Notes under the pieces: generated by a model
Databases searched by the model: none
The model's input: only the letters and a program-made list of their open reading frames with translations
Told to the model about the DNA's origin: nothing
Virus record (IMG/VR): IMGVR_UViG_3300006793_000013
From: a virus
DNA: 64,000 nt
Reading direction: 5' to 3' (one strand)
In this document: positions 1 through 9,877 of the stretch, piece after piece
Layout: every line of letters starts with the position of its first letter
Position numbering within the stretch: position 1 is the first letter of the stretch
Translations under genes and position numbers: made by a program

Positions 1-379
1 CAAACCCTAGCAGTGTAATATTATCTGATTCAAGAGTTGCTGCAAGTAAAACAGCATACGGACCACTTCCCCAATTGATTGGTTGATTGTGTTTTTGTTC
101 GTCTTTAGGTGTTATGTAAGGAACAGAATTTATTCTTTTATCTTTTCGAATTTTACGAAAGTATTGATAGTTTTCACCTCGAACATATATCTTAGTGTTC
201 TTTGTGTTCTCTCCATCGACTGCTTCAAGTACCATGCGCCTATCGCAACACACAAGATGATCAACAGCCATATCTCTATGTACTGCGTTGCAGCCTACTA
301 TTTCGTAATTTGGGTAAATGCGGGCGATATCTAGCCCTTTGCGACTTTCTCCGTTACCTAAAACTAAAGTCCCGGACAC
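1..379 (-). CDS. Conserved phage protein, 5' part only (runs off window); MAF/DUF115-like Rossmann-type fold
   Basis: Manually translated from GTG 379: MSGTLVLGNGESRKG...IVGCNAVHRD...DHLVCCD...GSGPYAVLLAA...ITLLGF, open to position 1. The GNGxS / GCN / SGxxAxxLA / LLGF pattern resembles DUF115/MAF-type proteins. Absent from ORF track because it is truncated. Confidence 0.6.
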   Translation of the reverse strand, partial: MSGTLVLGNGESRKGLDIARIYPNYEIVGCNAVHRDMAVDHLVCCDRRMVLEAVDGENTKNTKIYVRGENYQYFRKIRKDKRINSVPYITPKDEQKHNQPINWGSGPYAVLLAATLESDNITLLGF

Positions 380-385
380 TCCGTG

Positions 386-1201
386 TTACCTGATTTCTCC
401 AAACGGTGCCCATATGCCAGGGTTACCTGCTTGGATACAAACCCAACCAATGTATGACTTCTGTCTTGCTCTTGAGTTCCAGCAAATATCACCTTGATTG
501 AAGTTACCACCTTGTGGTGCTTCAACGCCATTGATATGAAGTGCATTGTTGAATTTAATTGCGCCCCTAACATGCAAGTCAACTGTGCTGTCTGGGTTGG
601 AAACTCCTACTGCTAGTTTGCCTCCAACAAAGCCGTCTTTAGCAATGCGTACATCACCACCAGCTTCTACAGTTATTCTAACTTGATTGTCTGTTTTTAC
701 GTCTAATTGATGACTACCAAATGTGCCAACAAATCCTTTTGTTGACTCATCTGTACCCATAATAATTTCTACACCATCTTCTGCTATACCTACAGCAGCA
801 TTTGGTTGTTCAGTACCAATACCTAATCTATCTGTACCTGAGTCAAAGTAAATGTATTGATTGATTGAAATATCGCCGTCTACTACTAAGCCTCTTAATC
901 TACCAACTGATTTTAAATTACTGTTTACTACACTAGTTCCTAGTGTGTCTAGTGATAGTACTTCTAAATTGTTTACTTTAATTGCTTTATTTTTTGCAAG
1001 GTCAATATTCTCTGTTGAAAAGATACTCTTTGTATCTTCCATATAAGATAATTGTTTAGTGTAGTCTTTACCCGCCCAGAAAAGACCTTTACCGTTGATA
1101 TCGGTAGTGAATTTAATTGACTGATTTGATGCCCATCCACCGTCTGATGTTAAAGCTGATTCTAGCTCAGTTAGGGCTTGATTAAGTCTCGTATTGTCCA
1201 T
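386..1201 (-). CDS. Probable virion structural / fibre-associated protein
   Basis: 271 aa, Gly/Val-rich beta repeats (DRLGIGTEQPNAAV, GKLAVGVSNPDSTVDLHVRG) typical of phage fibre proteins; late-type promoter upstream. Confidence 0.5.
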   Translation of the reverse strand: MDNTRLNQALTELESALTSDGGWASNQSIKFTTDINGKGLFWAGKDYTKQLSYMEDTKSIFSTENIDLAKNKAIKVNNLEVLSLDTLGTSVVNSNLKSVGRLRGLVVDGDISINQYIYFDSGTDRLGIGTEQPNAAVGIAEDGVEIIMGTDESTKGFVGTFGSHQLDVKTDNQVRITVEAGGDVRIAKDGFVGGKLAVGVSNPDSTVDLHVRGAIKFNNALHINGVEAPQGGNFNQGDICWNSRARQKSYIGWVCIQAGNPGIWAPFGEIR

Positions 1202-1206
1202 ATTAG

Positions 1207-1212
1207 TATTTA
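1207..1212 (-). promoter_or_regulatory. T4-like late promoter core TAAATA, 5 nt before ATG 1201
   Basis: Minus strand TAAATA-CTAAT-ATG, no SD. Confidence 0.65.
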
Positions 1213-1234
1213 TCCTTTATACAGAAAAGCCGGT

Positions 1235-2536
1235 TTATTGTACTTTCAGCAAGATTATATCATTATTTATCCGACCGTTGAGCTTTATGTCCACTGCTTT
1301 AATGTCATCTAGGAATGATCTCAACTTGACTTTACCACTATCTTTGAACTGTTTTAGTTGTTCTTCTGGTTTACGTAGTGTCTTCTGTATACTTTCAGAT
1401 TCTTTAAATCCTGTAATAGTTGTACCTTTTACACTAAGTCCACTGCCCTCACGCTGTAGTCCTTGTGGGTCTTGTATTTCTGCTATGTATTTCCCTATCT
1501 TACGTGTTTTACAGTTAAACACCCATAGCTCATTGCACTTGATAATATCCTCTGGATTAATACTAGCAAGTTGATATTTGTCATCTGATTTTTTGTACTT
1601 CAGTTTTGCTACCAGTTTGTCTGCACTGTACACTTTACGTTTACGTGGTTTACGTTTTGCTTTACTTGAATCAATAACAACCTGACAACCACCATATATT
1701 CTTTCTAGTGCTGTTAGTAAGTTCTTAAGTTCTTTTTTGTTCGAGAACTCATATGCTTCTTGTAATTGTTTTGCATAGTCAATTTCAAGTTCAGTTGCAG
1801 TTTTCTTTAACTTGGGTGGATTAAGTACTTCTCGTATTTCTTTAAGTTCAGGCTCATACAGATTCATAATTTTACGAGCATGTGCTTGTGTTATTTTCAT
1901 TTGAGCAAAATGTTTTGCAAAGTCAAATCCCTTAGGATCAAATTTTACTGTTTTATCTTGCTGACTTTCAGTCCAACCATCAAGCCATACATCAACTTTT
2001 TCACAAGCAGCAATTGCCTGCATCTCAATACGCTCTTGTATAGAAATTACTCTTTTCTCTGGTTGTTTCTTTTCTTTTTCTTCTTTCTCTTGCTTAACGT
2101 CTTTGCCTGCTTGGATTGCTATTTCAATTCTTTTTTCAAGAAACTCCATAGATGATTTTAATTGGCCCATTGTTCCAGGAAGTGATTCCCAATGATCTGC
2201 TTCTTTTTGTGAAAACCTTGGAGCACCTTTTGTATCCATACGTGCAACAATTCCAGCAGTAACACTAATAGCATGTTTAGGAGCGGCTTTGATCCATTTG
2301 ATTTGATCGCTAGTATACTTGCCTTCTTTTTCCATCCAGGCATATACGTTAGTATACAAGTCCTCTGGTTTAAAGTTTGCGTAATACCATTCGTGTGTTG
2401 CTCGACGATGCCTATGAATTTGCTCGCCATTCATTTCTTCCCAACCGTCCCAATTAGGTTCCGTGAGCTTTGCGCCACGCTGAATGCGAGGTGCTGCTCT
2501 TGGCTTTTTCTTCTTGGTACTCTTAGGCAATGCCAT
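1235..2536 (-). CDS. Conserved hypothetical phage protein (basic, 433 aa)
   Basis: Long ORF with AGGAG SD and its own sigma70 promoter; C-terminal LWVFNCKTRKIG...LSVKGTTITGF...KTLRKPEEQL...LNGRIN block recognised from T4-like phage hypotheticals. Confidence 0.65.
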   Translation of the reverse strand: MALPKSTKKKKPRAAPRIQRGAKLTEPNWDGWEEMNGEQIHRHRRATHEWYYANFKPEDLYTNVYAWMEKEGKYTSDQIKWIKAAPKHAISVTAGIVARMDTKGAPRFSQKEADHWESLPGTMGQLKSSMEFLEKRIEIAIQAGKDVKQEKEEKEKKQPEKRVISIQERIEMQAIAACEKVDVWLDGWTESQQDKTVKFDPKGFDFAKHFAQMKITQAHARKIMNLYEPELKEIREVLNPPKLKKTATELEIDYAKQLQEAYEFSNKKELKNLLTALERIYGGCQVVIDSSKAKRKPRKRKVYSADKLVAKLKYKKSDDKYQLASINPEDIIKCNELWVFNCKTRKIGKYIAEIQDPQGLQREGSGLSVKGTTITGFKESESIQKTLRKPEEQLKQFKDSGKVKLRSFLDDIKAVDIKLNGRINNDIILLKVQ

Positions 2537-2561
2537 CTGATGCTCCTATGATAAAAATATT

Positions 2562-2590
2562 ACTATATGATGATATATATCATTTGTCAA
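2562..2590 (-). promoter_or_regulatory. sigma70-type promoter TTGACA-N17-TATAGT
   Basis: Exact -35, 17-nt spacer, upstream of 2536 start. Confidence 0.7.
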
Positions 2591-2615
2591 GAAAAATCTG
2601 CCCTAAACGAAATTG

Positions 2616-3287
2616 TCATGTTAGATTTTTCGCAATAGGAAATATTTCTGAGATGACTTTAGCACACGCTATAGCAATGTCCATATGCTCTTTTTGTGTT
2701 CCGTTTGCACCTCTAAGTTGAATATAATGTACCCAACTTCTAATTGTTCCATTCATGTATAGGCGTGTTTTGGTTAGACCTTCTGGTAACACTACACGGG
2801 CTTGTTCTTTTGCAATACCGTTGTCAATTGCCCATTCGTAAACTTCCTTGGCTTTGTCAATGACACTTTGTTGTTTCATTTGCCATTCGTAGTGTAAGTC
2901 ACTTTCAGTATCGATCTCAATACTGTTTTGTCTGTTCTTTGTATCCTGTAAACGTGCTTCACGTGTTACAAACTGATTACCCATCTCTGCAGGATCAGCG
3001 TAACGTTGACTAAACTCTTGGAAAGCAAAACTACGATGTCGCACAATTTGATGTGCAATATCTCTAGTTGTGTTGATTTCTAGTACAGCATTAACCATTT
3101 CTAAAGGTGACCAATGTTGATGTTTAATTAGATATTTGATTAAGCGTTCGCTTGTTTCTGTATTAATTTGTGCTTGTGGATTTGATACCTTTGCACAAAA
3201 TGCAATTAGTTCTTGTAGGTCTGTTAACCCTTCGTTTTCAAATTCTTCTGTTGCTCGACTATACGATACTAGTTTTACTTCTGTCAA
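2616..3287 (-). CDS. thyX: Flavin-dependent thymidylate synthase ThyX
   Basis: HWSPLE and RHRSFAFQEFSQRY ThyX motif, ARVVLP, QKEH; TTG start after AGGAAA. Confidence 0.95.
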   Translation of the reverse strand: MTEVKLVSYSRATEEFENEGLTDLQELIAFCAKVSNPQAQINTETSERLIKYLIKHQHWSPLEMVNAVLEINTTRDIAHQIVRHRSFAFQEFSQRYADPAEMGNQFVTREARLQDTKNRQNSIEIDTESDLHYEWQMKQQSVIDKAKEVYEWAIDNGIAKEQARVVLPEGLTKTRLYMNGTIRSWVHYIQLRGANGTQKEHMDIAIACAKVISEIFPIAKNLT

Positions 3288-3313
3288 CTGTTTATTTCCT
3301 TATGTAAAATACT

Positions 3314-3338
3314 GTAGGGCTACACCACGTAGCCCTAC
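3314..3338 (-). terminator. Perfect 10-bp hairpin downstream of Hc1-like gene
   Basis: GTAGGGCTAC-N5-GTAGCCCTAC; only an interrupted T tract follows. Confidence 0.45.
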
Positions 3339-3349
3339 CAGTGGGTGGG

Positions 3350-3547
3350 TTACTGTGATACTGCTGCGTTTTTTCTAGCGTTTTTAGTATCAGTGATTTC
3401 TTTTCTACGTTCTTTTGCGGCTTTAGTCATTTCTTGTAATGCTTTACGGGCTCTGGTTCCTGCTGCTCCATTGCCGTTTTCAAATTTTTCGTTTTCTTCC
3501 AAAAACGTCTCAAATGCTGATTTTAGTGATTCTACGTGTGTACTCAT
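3350..3547 (-). CDS. Histone H1-like (Hc1-family) small basic DNA-binding protein
   Basis: ENGNGAAGTRARKALQEM...RKE matches the Hc1-family core (GNKAAGTRARK). Confidence 0.7.
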   Translation of the reverse strand: MSTHVESLKSAFETFLEENEKFENGNGAAGTRARKALQEMTKAAKERRKEITDTKNARKNAAVSQ

Positions 3548-3595
3548 AATTTATTTTTCCTTTTAATCTGTGCCGAGAGTCTTCTCAACAGTCAT

Positions 3596-3624
3596 AGTAT
3601 ATAAGCCTAGACTGCAAAAGTCAA
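3596..3624 (-). promoter_or_regulatory. sigma70-type promoter TTGACT-N17-TATACT
   Basis: Upstream of Hc1-like gene, divergent from the radical SAM island. Confidence 0.65.
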
Positions 3625-3651
3625 CTATTAAAGTGGTTAAATACGTACATA

Positions 3652-4641
3652 ATGAATGATTTTACTCTTATTCCGTTCCACAACATTGTTAAGTTCGGAC
3701 AAACTACAATGCTAAAACAGCCACTATTCAACGTTAGTTGGATACTTGGTCGCTTTTGTAATTACAGTTGTAGTTACTGTTGGCCGTATGCAAATTCAAA
3801 TGTTCCGGATCATCAAGACTTTGAAGTGTATACAAATGCAATAGATGAAATTAAAAGACAAGCGAGAGAAAACGGATTTACTGAGTTTCATTTTAGTTTC
3901 AGTGGAGGAGAACCAACAGCATATAAAAAGTTTGGTGACCTAGTTGAATACTATGCAAATGACGATGAGGCTAAGTATCAAAGCATACACCTTACAACTA
4001 ATTTAAGTCCAGGTGAGAAATGGTGGGCAAGATTTATAGACAACACCAGTCACTTAACACGTCGCAGCATCACTGCAAGTTATCACGCAGAATTTGCAAA
4101 CGAAAAAGACTTTGGTGATAGATGTTTGCAACTCATGGAGGGAGGAGTATTTGTTACAATTAATCAAGTTATGGTTCCTGAACACTTTGAAGAATACTAT
4201 GAGCGTTGTAGTAGATTCGCAGACAAAGGAATTAACGTCACTCTTAAACCGCAGTCCGACCCTACCGCGTCTAGAATAGTTGATGGTTATACAGATGAGC
4301 AAATTGATAAGTTACAAACAGGCTTTCCACAAAATTGGAAAGGCGAACAAGTCATGCAAATGTATTTGGAAGATGCCAAAGGAAACCATTACGGATTGGA
4401 TCAAGCAGAAAGAATGAATGCATTTAACTTCAACAAGTTTAAAAATTGGCATTGCAATGCAGGGTATCAAAGCTGCATTATAAGGGGTGATGAAGTTAAG
4501 AGAGCATATAGTTGCAGCGATATCCCTTTAGGAACGCTACAGGGCGGTTTTACGCTGTTTAAGACACCATCTAAATGCATTACTAGCTCTTGTGTAAGCA
4601 GTGCAGACAGCAAGATACCAAAGGTACTACATGAAAGTTGA
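3652..4641 (+). CDS. Radical SAM protein
   Basis: CNYSCSYC, SGGEPT, C-terminal CNAG...CSD...C Fe-S region; paralog of 7696-8613. Confidence 0.9.
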   Translation: MNDFTLIPFHNIVKFGQTTMLKQPLFNVSWILGRFCNYSCSYCWPYANSNVPDHQDFEVYTNAIDEIKRQARENGFTEFHFSFSGGEPTAYKKFGDLVEYYANDDEAKYQSIHLTTNLSPGEKWWARFIDNTSHLTRRSITASYHAEFANEKDFGDRCLQLMEGGVFVTINQVMVPEHFEEYYERCSRFADKGINVTLKPQSDPTASRIVDGYTDEQIDKLQTGFPQNWKGEQVMQMYLEDAKGNHYGLDQAERMNAFNFNKFKNWHCNAGYQSCIIRGDEVKRAYSCSDIPLGTLQGGFTLFKTPSKCITSSCVSSADSKIPKVLHES

Positions 4642-5236
4642 AATAGAAGATATAAAATTTTGGATGGATGCAGTTCGCAATAGCGAAGATAGAGATCGTA
4701 CACTTGAAAGTTTTTGGGGTGGACAATTAAAATCTAAAGAATGGTTAGTCGAAACATTACAAAGAAATCATCATGTGTCCAATATTAGTTGTGTCATATT
4801 CGGAGGATGGAACGGAGTATTAGCAAATTTATTGTTTAACAGCACAATAGGTTTCAAGCATATCACAAGTGTTGATATTGATCCTAAGTGTGCAGAGACA
4901 GCAACCACAATTAATAAACGTCAAGAAATGGAAGGGCGATTCACAGCAGTTACCGCTGACATGTGTGAGTATGAATATACCAATCAACCTTACATGGTTA
5001 TTAATACAAGTTGCGAACATCTTACACAGCAACAATATAACAAGTGGGCAAAACGTGTGCCAAAGAGTTCAGAAGTAATTTTACAATCTAATAACTACTT
5101 TGAACTAGAAGAACATTTAAATTGTTCAAGAGACCTTGATAGTTTTAAAAAGAAATCTAAATTAAACACTGTGCTAGTTAAAGATCAATTAGAATTACCC
5201 AAATATACACGTTACATGCTTATAGGAAGATTTTGA
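4631..5236 (+). CDS. Class I SAM-dependent methyltransferase-like protein
   Basis: VIFGGWNG motif I, ITSVDID, TADM, INTSCEH; ATG 4631 overlaps upstream gene end. Confidence 0.7.
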   Translation: MKVEIEDIKFWMDAVRNSEDRDRTLESFWGGQLKSKEWLVETLQRNHHVSNISCVIFGGWNGVLANLLFNSTIGFKHITSVDIDPKCAETATTINKRQEMEGRFTAVTADMCEYEYTNQPYMVINTSCEHLTQQQYNKWAKRVPKSSEVILQSNNYFELEEHLNCSRDLDSFKKKSKLNTVLVKDQLELPKYTRYMLIGRF

Positions 5237-6318
5237 TGTTTGACTTTTCAGATCTTAAAACAATACATATTGAGCTGACAACAAATTGCCAAGCCAAGTG
5301 TCCTATGTGTTCACGTAATATACACAGTGGTATTGAAAACCCATTACTAAAAATTGTTGGTTGGACATTAGAAGATTTCAAAACTATTATAAACAAAGAA
5401 GTATTAGAAACAGTAGACCGTATATACTTTTGCGGAAACTTTGGCGACCCTTTACTTAATGACAACCTTGTTGAAATGTGTAAGTACGCAAAAGAAACAA
5501 GTCCTAAAACTGCAATAGGAATTCACACAAACGGTAGTTTAAGAAATGCAAAATGGTGGACAGAACTAGCACAGTCTTTACCACAAGATCATTGTGTGTA
5601 CTTTGCACTTGACGGTTTAGAAGACACTCACAAATTATATAGAGTTGGCACTGACTGGAATAAGATTATTGAAAATGCAAAAACATTTATTGAAGCAGGT
5701 GGTCGTGCTAACTGGACTTATATCAAATTTAAACACAACGAGCACCAAGTAGAAGAATGTAGAAAGATTGCAAAGGAAGTAGGCTTTCAAGATTTCACAG
5801 TTAAGAACACATCAAGATTTTTAGTTGAACCTAAGTATGATGTGTGGGACAAAAATAGAATACCTATATACAGTTTAGAAGCACCATCTGATACTGAAAC
5901 ACATTTTTTACCTAAAGAAGTAATTGATGATTATAAGTCAGTGTTAGATGAAGCAGAGATAGACTGCCATGTACAAAAGATTAAAGAAATTTATATTGAC
6001 GGATTTAAAACTTTATTACCTTGTTGTTGGTTAGCACAAACGCCAATGACGTTTTACGATCCTACACATATTTGTGAAGATGTAGTAGACATGTTGCGTA
6101 ACCAATACAATAAAATGATAAGCGACTTTGGTGGTATACAAAATCTTGATGCAACAAAAGGAATAAAAAATATTATAAGTTCTGACGTATGGCAAAACAT
6201 ATGGAAGAAAAAGTGGAACGAAGATAAAATGCTTATGTGTGCAAGAACATGTGGTAAGTTTAAAACTTTTGATATCTCTCAACCACAAGATCAATTTATA
6301 GAAAGAGAAATGCTGTAA
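5236..6318 (+). CDS. Radical SAM/SPASM-like protein
   Basis: CQAKCPMC, FCGNFGDP, TNGS, C-terminal C...PCC...CARTC. Confidence 0.9.
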   Translation: MFDFSDLKTIHIELTTNCQAKCPMCSRNIHSGIENPLLKIVGWTLEDFKTIINKEVLETVDRIYFCGNFGDPLLNDNLVEMCKYAKETSPKTAIGIHTNGSLRNAKWWTELAQSLPQDHCVYFALDGLEDTHKLYRVGTDWNKIIENAKTFIEAGGRANWTYIKFKHNEHQVEECRKIAKEVGFQDFTVKNTSRFLVEPKYDVWDKNRIPIYSLEAPSDTETHFLPKEVIDDYKSVLDEAEIDCHVQKIKEIYIDGFKTLLPCCWLAQTPMTFYDPTHICEDVVDMLRNQYNKMISDFGGIQNLDATKGIKNIISSDVWQNIWKKKWNEDKMLMCARTCGKFKTFDISQPQDQFIEREML

Positions 6319-7721
6319 TGACTTGGTACTACGACAAAGAAGATACCAGACTAGGTAAGTTCCAAAGAGAACTTGCAGAAGCATCTACAAAATCATTTTG
6401 TGTGTTACCTTGGATACACATGGCAACTAGACCAAATGGTGATATGAGATTATGCTGTACATCTAATGCAAGTGGTGCAGGTGACGATCATGAAGTAGGA
6501 CTTGTAAAGATGGAAGATGGCAAGCCTGCAAACTTTGGTAAACACACTCCTATGGAAGCATGGAATAACGATTACATGAAAAGTGTGCGTAAAACAATGT
6601 TACGTGGAGAAATTCCTGCAAGTTGTAAAGGCTGTTTCAAAGAAGAATCACAAGGTATTGTTAGCAAACGTATATGGGAAAGTGCAACGTGGAAAAATGA
6701 CGAAGGTGTTGATATACCAGAGCTTATTGCACAAACACAAGAAGACGGAACCGTACCTGAACAATTACAATATCTGGATCTAAGATTAGGACATACATGC
6801 AATATTAAGTGTGTAATGTGTAGCCCTCACGACAGTAGTAAGTGGGTTGCGGACCATAAAAAACTTATTCCTGTGCTACAAGACCCAGAAGTTAAAAGAC
6901 AAATGCAGTGGGATAGAAAACTTTTTAATAATAAATGGCATGAAAAAGATACTTTTTGGCAAGAGCTTAATGCACAAATACCTTACTTGAAGCAAGTATA
7001 TTTCGCAGGAGGAGAGCCATTAATGATTAGAGAGCATAAACGCTTTCTAGAAGAAATTATTAAACAAGGGTATGCAGACAAAATATTAGTAAGATATAAT
7101 TCTAATGGTTTACTAGTTGACGAAGAACTAATTGATATATGGAGTAAGTTTAAGAAAGTTAAGTTTGCTGTAAGTATTGATTCATATAAAAAGCGTGATG
7201 AATATATTAGATTTCCAACAGACTTTAATCAAGTTGAAAAAACTTTACACATGCTAGACAACACACCAGATAACATTCATGTTAGTATTGCAACAGCAGT
7301 GCAAATATTCAATATAAAAACTATACCTGAATTTATTAAATGGAAAGTTAACAGTAATTTTAAAAAGATGAATGTTGGTTTAATTGACGGACATGTTATG
7401 GGTGGCGGTCTTGTAAATGCACATCTAGTACACATACCAACATTCTTAAATATTACAATACTGCCTGAAAAAGACAAGCAAGAAGTACGTGAAAAGTTTG
7501 CTGAACTAAAACAATGGTTATGGGATAACTTTACACAAGACGATGAGTTTTGGAAACACAATCCTAAAGGATGGCGTCAATGGGAAGGATTATTAAAGCA
7601 TATGGATAGTTGTGATAACAGTCATATGTTACCTGGCTTTAAAGAATACGTTAATAAGTTAGATGCAATCCGTGGACTAGATGCAGCAAAAATATTTACT
7701 GAACTAGATCACTTACTTTAG
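6318..7721 (+). CDS. Radical SAM protein with N-terminal twitch/SPASM domain
   Basis: FCVLPW...RPNGDMRLCC, CKGC; CNIKCVMC; FAGGEP. Confidence 0.9.
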   Translation: MTWYYDKEDTRLGKFQRELAEASTKSFCVLPWIHMATRPNGDMRLCCTSNASGAGDDHEVGLVKMEDGKPANFGKHTPMEAWNNDYMKSVRKTMLRGEIPASCKGCFKEESQGIVSKRIWESATWKNDEGVDIPELIAQTQEDGTVPEQLQYLDLRLGHTCNIKCVMCSPHDSSKWVADHKKLIPVLQDPEVKRQMQWDRKLFNNKWHEKDTFWQELNAQIPYLKQVYFAGGEPLMIREHKRFLEEIIKQGYADKILVRYNSNGLLVDEELIDIWSKFKKVKFAVSIDSYKKRDEYIRFPTDFNQVEKTLHMLDNTPDNIHVSIATAVQIFNIKTIPEFIKWKVNSNFKKMNVGLIDGHVMGGGLVNAHLVHIPTFLNITILPEKDKQEVREKFAELKQWLWDNFTQDDEFWKHNPKGWRQWEGLLKHMDSCDNSHMLPGFKEYVNKLDAIRGLDAAKIFTELDHLL

Positions 7722-8613
7722 TAAGGGGTATATCAGCAGCACAAGTACACCACTTACGAGTACAAGTTATCCACTCTTCCGGTTGTTCAAAACTGCCGTC
7801 ATAAATGTTACCTATACTTCCACCAACTCTACAAGTAGCACGATGAACTTCACCGTCCCAATTAATCATTAGGCTTTCGATACCTGCACTACATTTCCAA
7901 CCTTCAAATTGATTTAGATGTTTTTTGATAATATCGTTGGCATGCATTTTAGTTTTATCATCAATAATAACATTAGGTTCTACAGTAGATGTTTTAGACA
8001 ATATCCATTCTAAGTCTTTACCTTCATATTTTAAATCATCAAACACATCATGGTCACCTTCTGTCCATCTTATTCGTCTTACAACATAAGGAATACCGTG
8101 TCCGTCGAACATTGTAGCACACTCTTTTACTCTATCCATAAATTTATGATGTGCCATTAAGTTAACTTGAAATGGCTTTTGCGGAGATGCATATCCTTCA
8201 TTTATCTGAGAAAACATTAACACAGTTTCTGCACATCTTCTCCAATGCTCGTCATCTTCTACATGCAAACTAAACACAATATGATTTACGTTAAGGTCAC
8301 TGTAGTACTTTGCTGTACGTGTTCCGTTAGTAGTTACATTGATCCAATCAACACGCTGACTTGCATGATCAACTAGTTCTGTAAACTGTGGGTGTACACA
8401 CGGTTCACCGCCTGTAAAACTTACACGCATTGATTTACCAGTTTCAGCTAGTGCATCAACTGCATCTATTAATACTTTAATATTTGTGTGTGGACTAGTG
8501 TTATCGTGTATTTCTGCTGGACAATAACTACAATCAAAGTTACAACGTTTGCCAAGATTCCACTCAACATGAACGCTGTCTTGCCGATCATAACTAGACG
8601 CTATTTTAAACAT
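7696..8613 (-). CDS. Radical SAM protein
   Basis: CNFDCSYC, FTGGEP, TTNG, C-terminal CSAG...CR...CTC; likely start ATG 8613. Confidence 0.9.
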   Translation of the reverse strand: MFKIASSYDRQDSVHVEWNLGKRCNFDCSYCPAEIHDNTSPHTNIKVLIDAVDALAETGKSMRVSFTGGEPCVHPQFTELVDHASQRVDWINVTTNGTRTAKYYSDLNVNHIVFSLHVEDDEHWRRCAETVLMFSQINEGYASPQKPFQVNLMAHHKFMDRVKECATMFDGHGIPYVVRRIRWTEGDHDVFDDLKYEGKDLEWILSKTSTVEPNVIIDDKTKMHANDIIKKHLNQFEGWKCSAGIESLMINWDGEVHRATCRVGGSIGNIYDGSFEQPEEWITCTRKWCTCAADIPLTKVSDLVQ

Positions 8614-9877
8614 ACGGAGCAAACTCCGGATTAATAACTTCAAATGGTCCTTGTTTACGACTCTTATCTAAGTTGCGATTAAAATTAATGCAGTCTTGCC
8701 ATAGTTCGTTGTGTAGATCATCTGCTTCTAAGAAGTTAATATTATCCTGAATTTGCGTTAGTGTAAAGTCCTTAATACGTTCGTCACTTTTAACAAGTTT
8801 GTAATCTAACACTTTTGTTTTCATTGCTTCTAATTTAGCAATAACTTTTTGTTTTAGATCAGGCGGAATACATTGTGCTGATAACGCTCTTGGATATTGC
8901 ACCCTATGACTATAGAAAATAATGTCCATGTTTTCCATGAAGTATTCTATTACTTTATCTATTTGCATTATGTTGTTTGCTTGTACTGTAAATGCTCCAA
9001 CTATTCTACTTACTGTTGGTATAGTTTTCATTATCTTAATGTTTTCTTCAATCTCTTCAAACTTACCGTTTCCTCTGATGTATTCATATACATCATGTAC
9101 ACCATCAATTGAAACATTAACTGCAACACTTTTAAACTTAGGCCAGTAATCGTGTATTGTACGTCCGCCTTTGATTCCTAGTGTGGTGCCGTTTGTTGCA
9201 TACTTGATTTCGATATTTTTACCGTATGGTGCTAACATATCTAAAATTTTATAGTGCTGAGGATCCATTAAAGGTTCTCCACCTGCAAACTCTACACGTC
9301 TAAAGTGCGGCAGTAGTTTTTCAAAAGACTTCCACCAGTTATCTGTATCATTAAATGCATCAATATACTTGCCTGGTGTGTCTACTAATTTATTAACTGT
9401 AGGTATAAGAAAGTTATTTTCTTTTTTATAAAATTCTGTAACTTGGTCCCAGTCTTTCCATTGTGTACTATCTAATGGGTTACACATACGACACTTTAAG
9501 TTACATAGATTATTAAGTTTAACTTCCATAGTAGGCATTTCAAACGGCATACTGTAATCATCTTCTAGTGCGTCTAATGCGTCTGGGTATAAGTTGATCC
9601 TTGCTTCAGGTATTACTCCTGCTGTATGACGCTGTCGTAAGCTCTGTACACCCTGATCTTCTAATCTAAAGCAAGGCTCACAAACATCAGGACGTTCGTC
9701 ATTCATAACCTGTCGACGAACTTCTTTCATTTTGTCGCCGTTCCAAATCTCTTCTAGTGTGTTGTCTTTAATGTCTCCAATAGGAGCACTACGGCAACAG
9801 ATCTTAATTGCGCCATCTTCTCTTGTTGCTAATCCTGTAAAAGGATGCATACAAAATGTTTTACTTTTGCATGGCAT
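8606..9877 (-). CDS. Radical SAM protein with N-terminal twitch/SPASM domain
   Basis: FCMHPF...DGAIKICC, CEPC; CNLKCRMC; FAGGEP; paralog of 6318-7721. Confidence 0.9.
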   Translation of the reverse strand: MPCKSKTFCMHPFTGLATREDGAIKICCRSAPIGDIKDNTLEEIWNGDKMKEVRRQVMNDERPDVCEPCFRLEDQGVQSLRQRHTAGVIPEARINLYPDALDALEDDYSMPFEMPTMEVKLNNLCNLKCRMCNPLDSTQWKDWDQVTEFYKKENNFLIPTVNKLVDTPGKYIDAFNDTDNWWKSFEKLLPHFRRVEFAGGEPLMDPQHYKILDMLAPYGKNIEIKYATNGTTLGIKGGRTIHDYWPKFKSVAVNVSIDGVHDVYEYIRGNGKFEEIEENIKIMKTIPTVSRIVGAFTVQANNIMQIDKVIEYFMENMDIIFYSHRVQYPRALSAQCIPPDLKQKVIAKLEAMKTKVLDYKLVKSDERIKDFTLTQIQDNINFLEADDLHNELWQDCINFNRNLDKSRKQGPFEVINPEFAPYV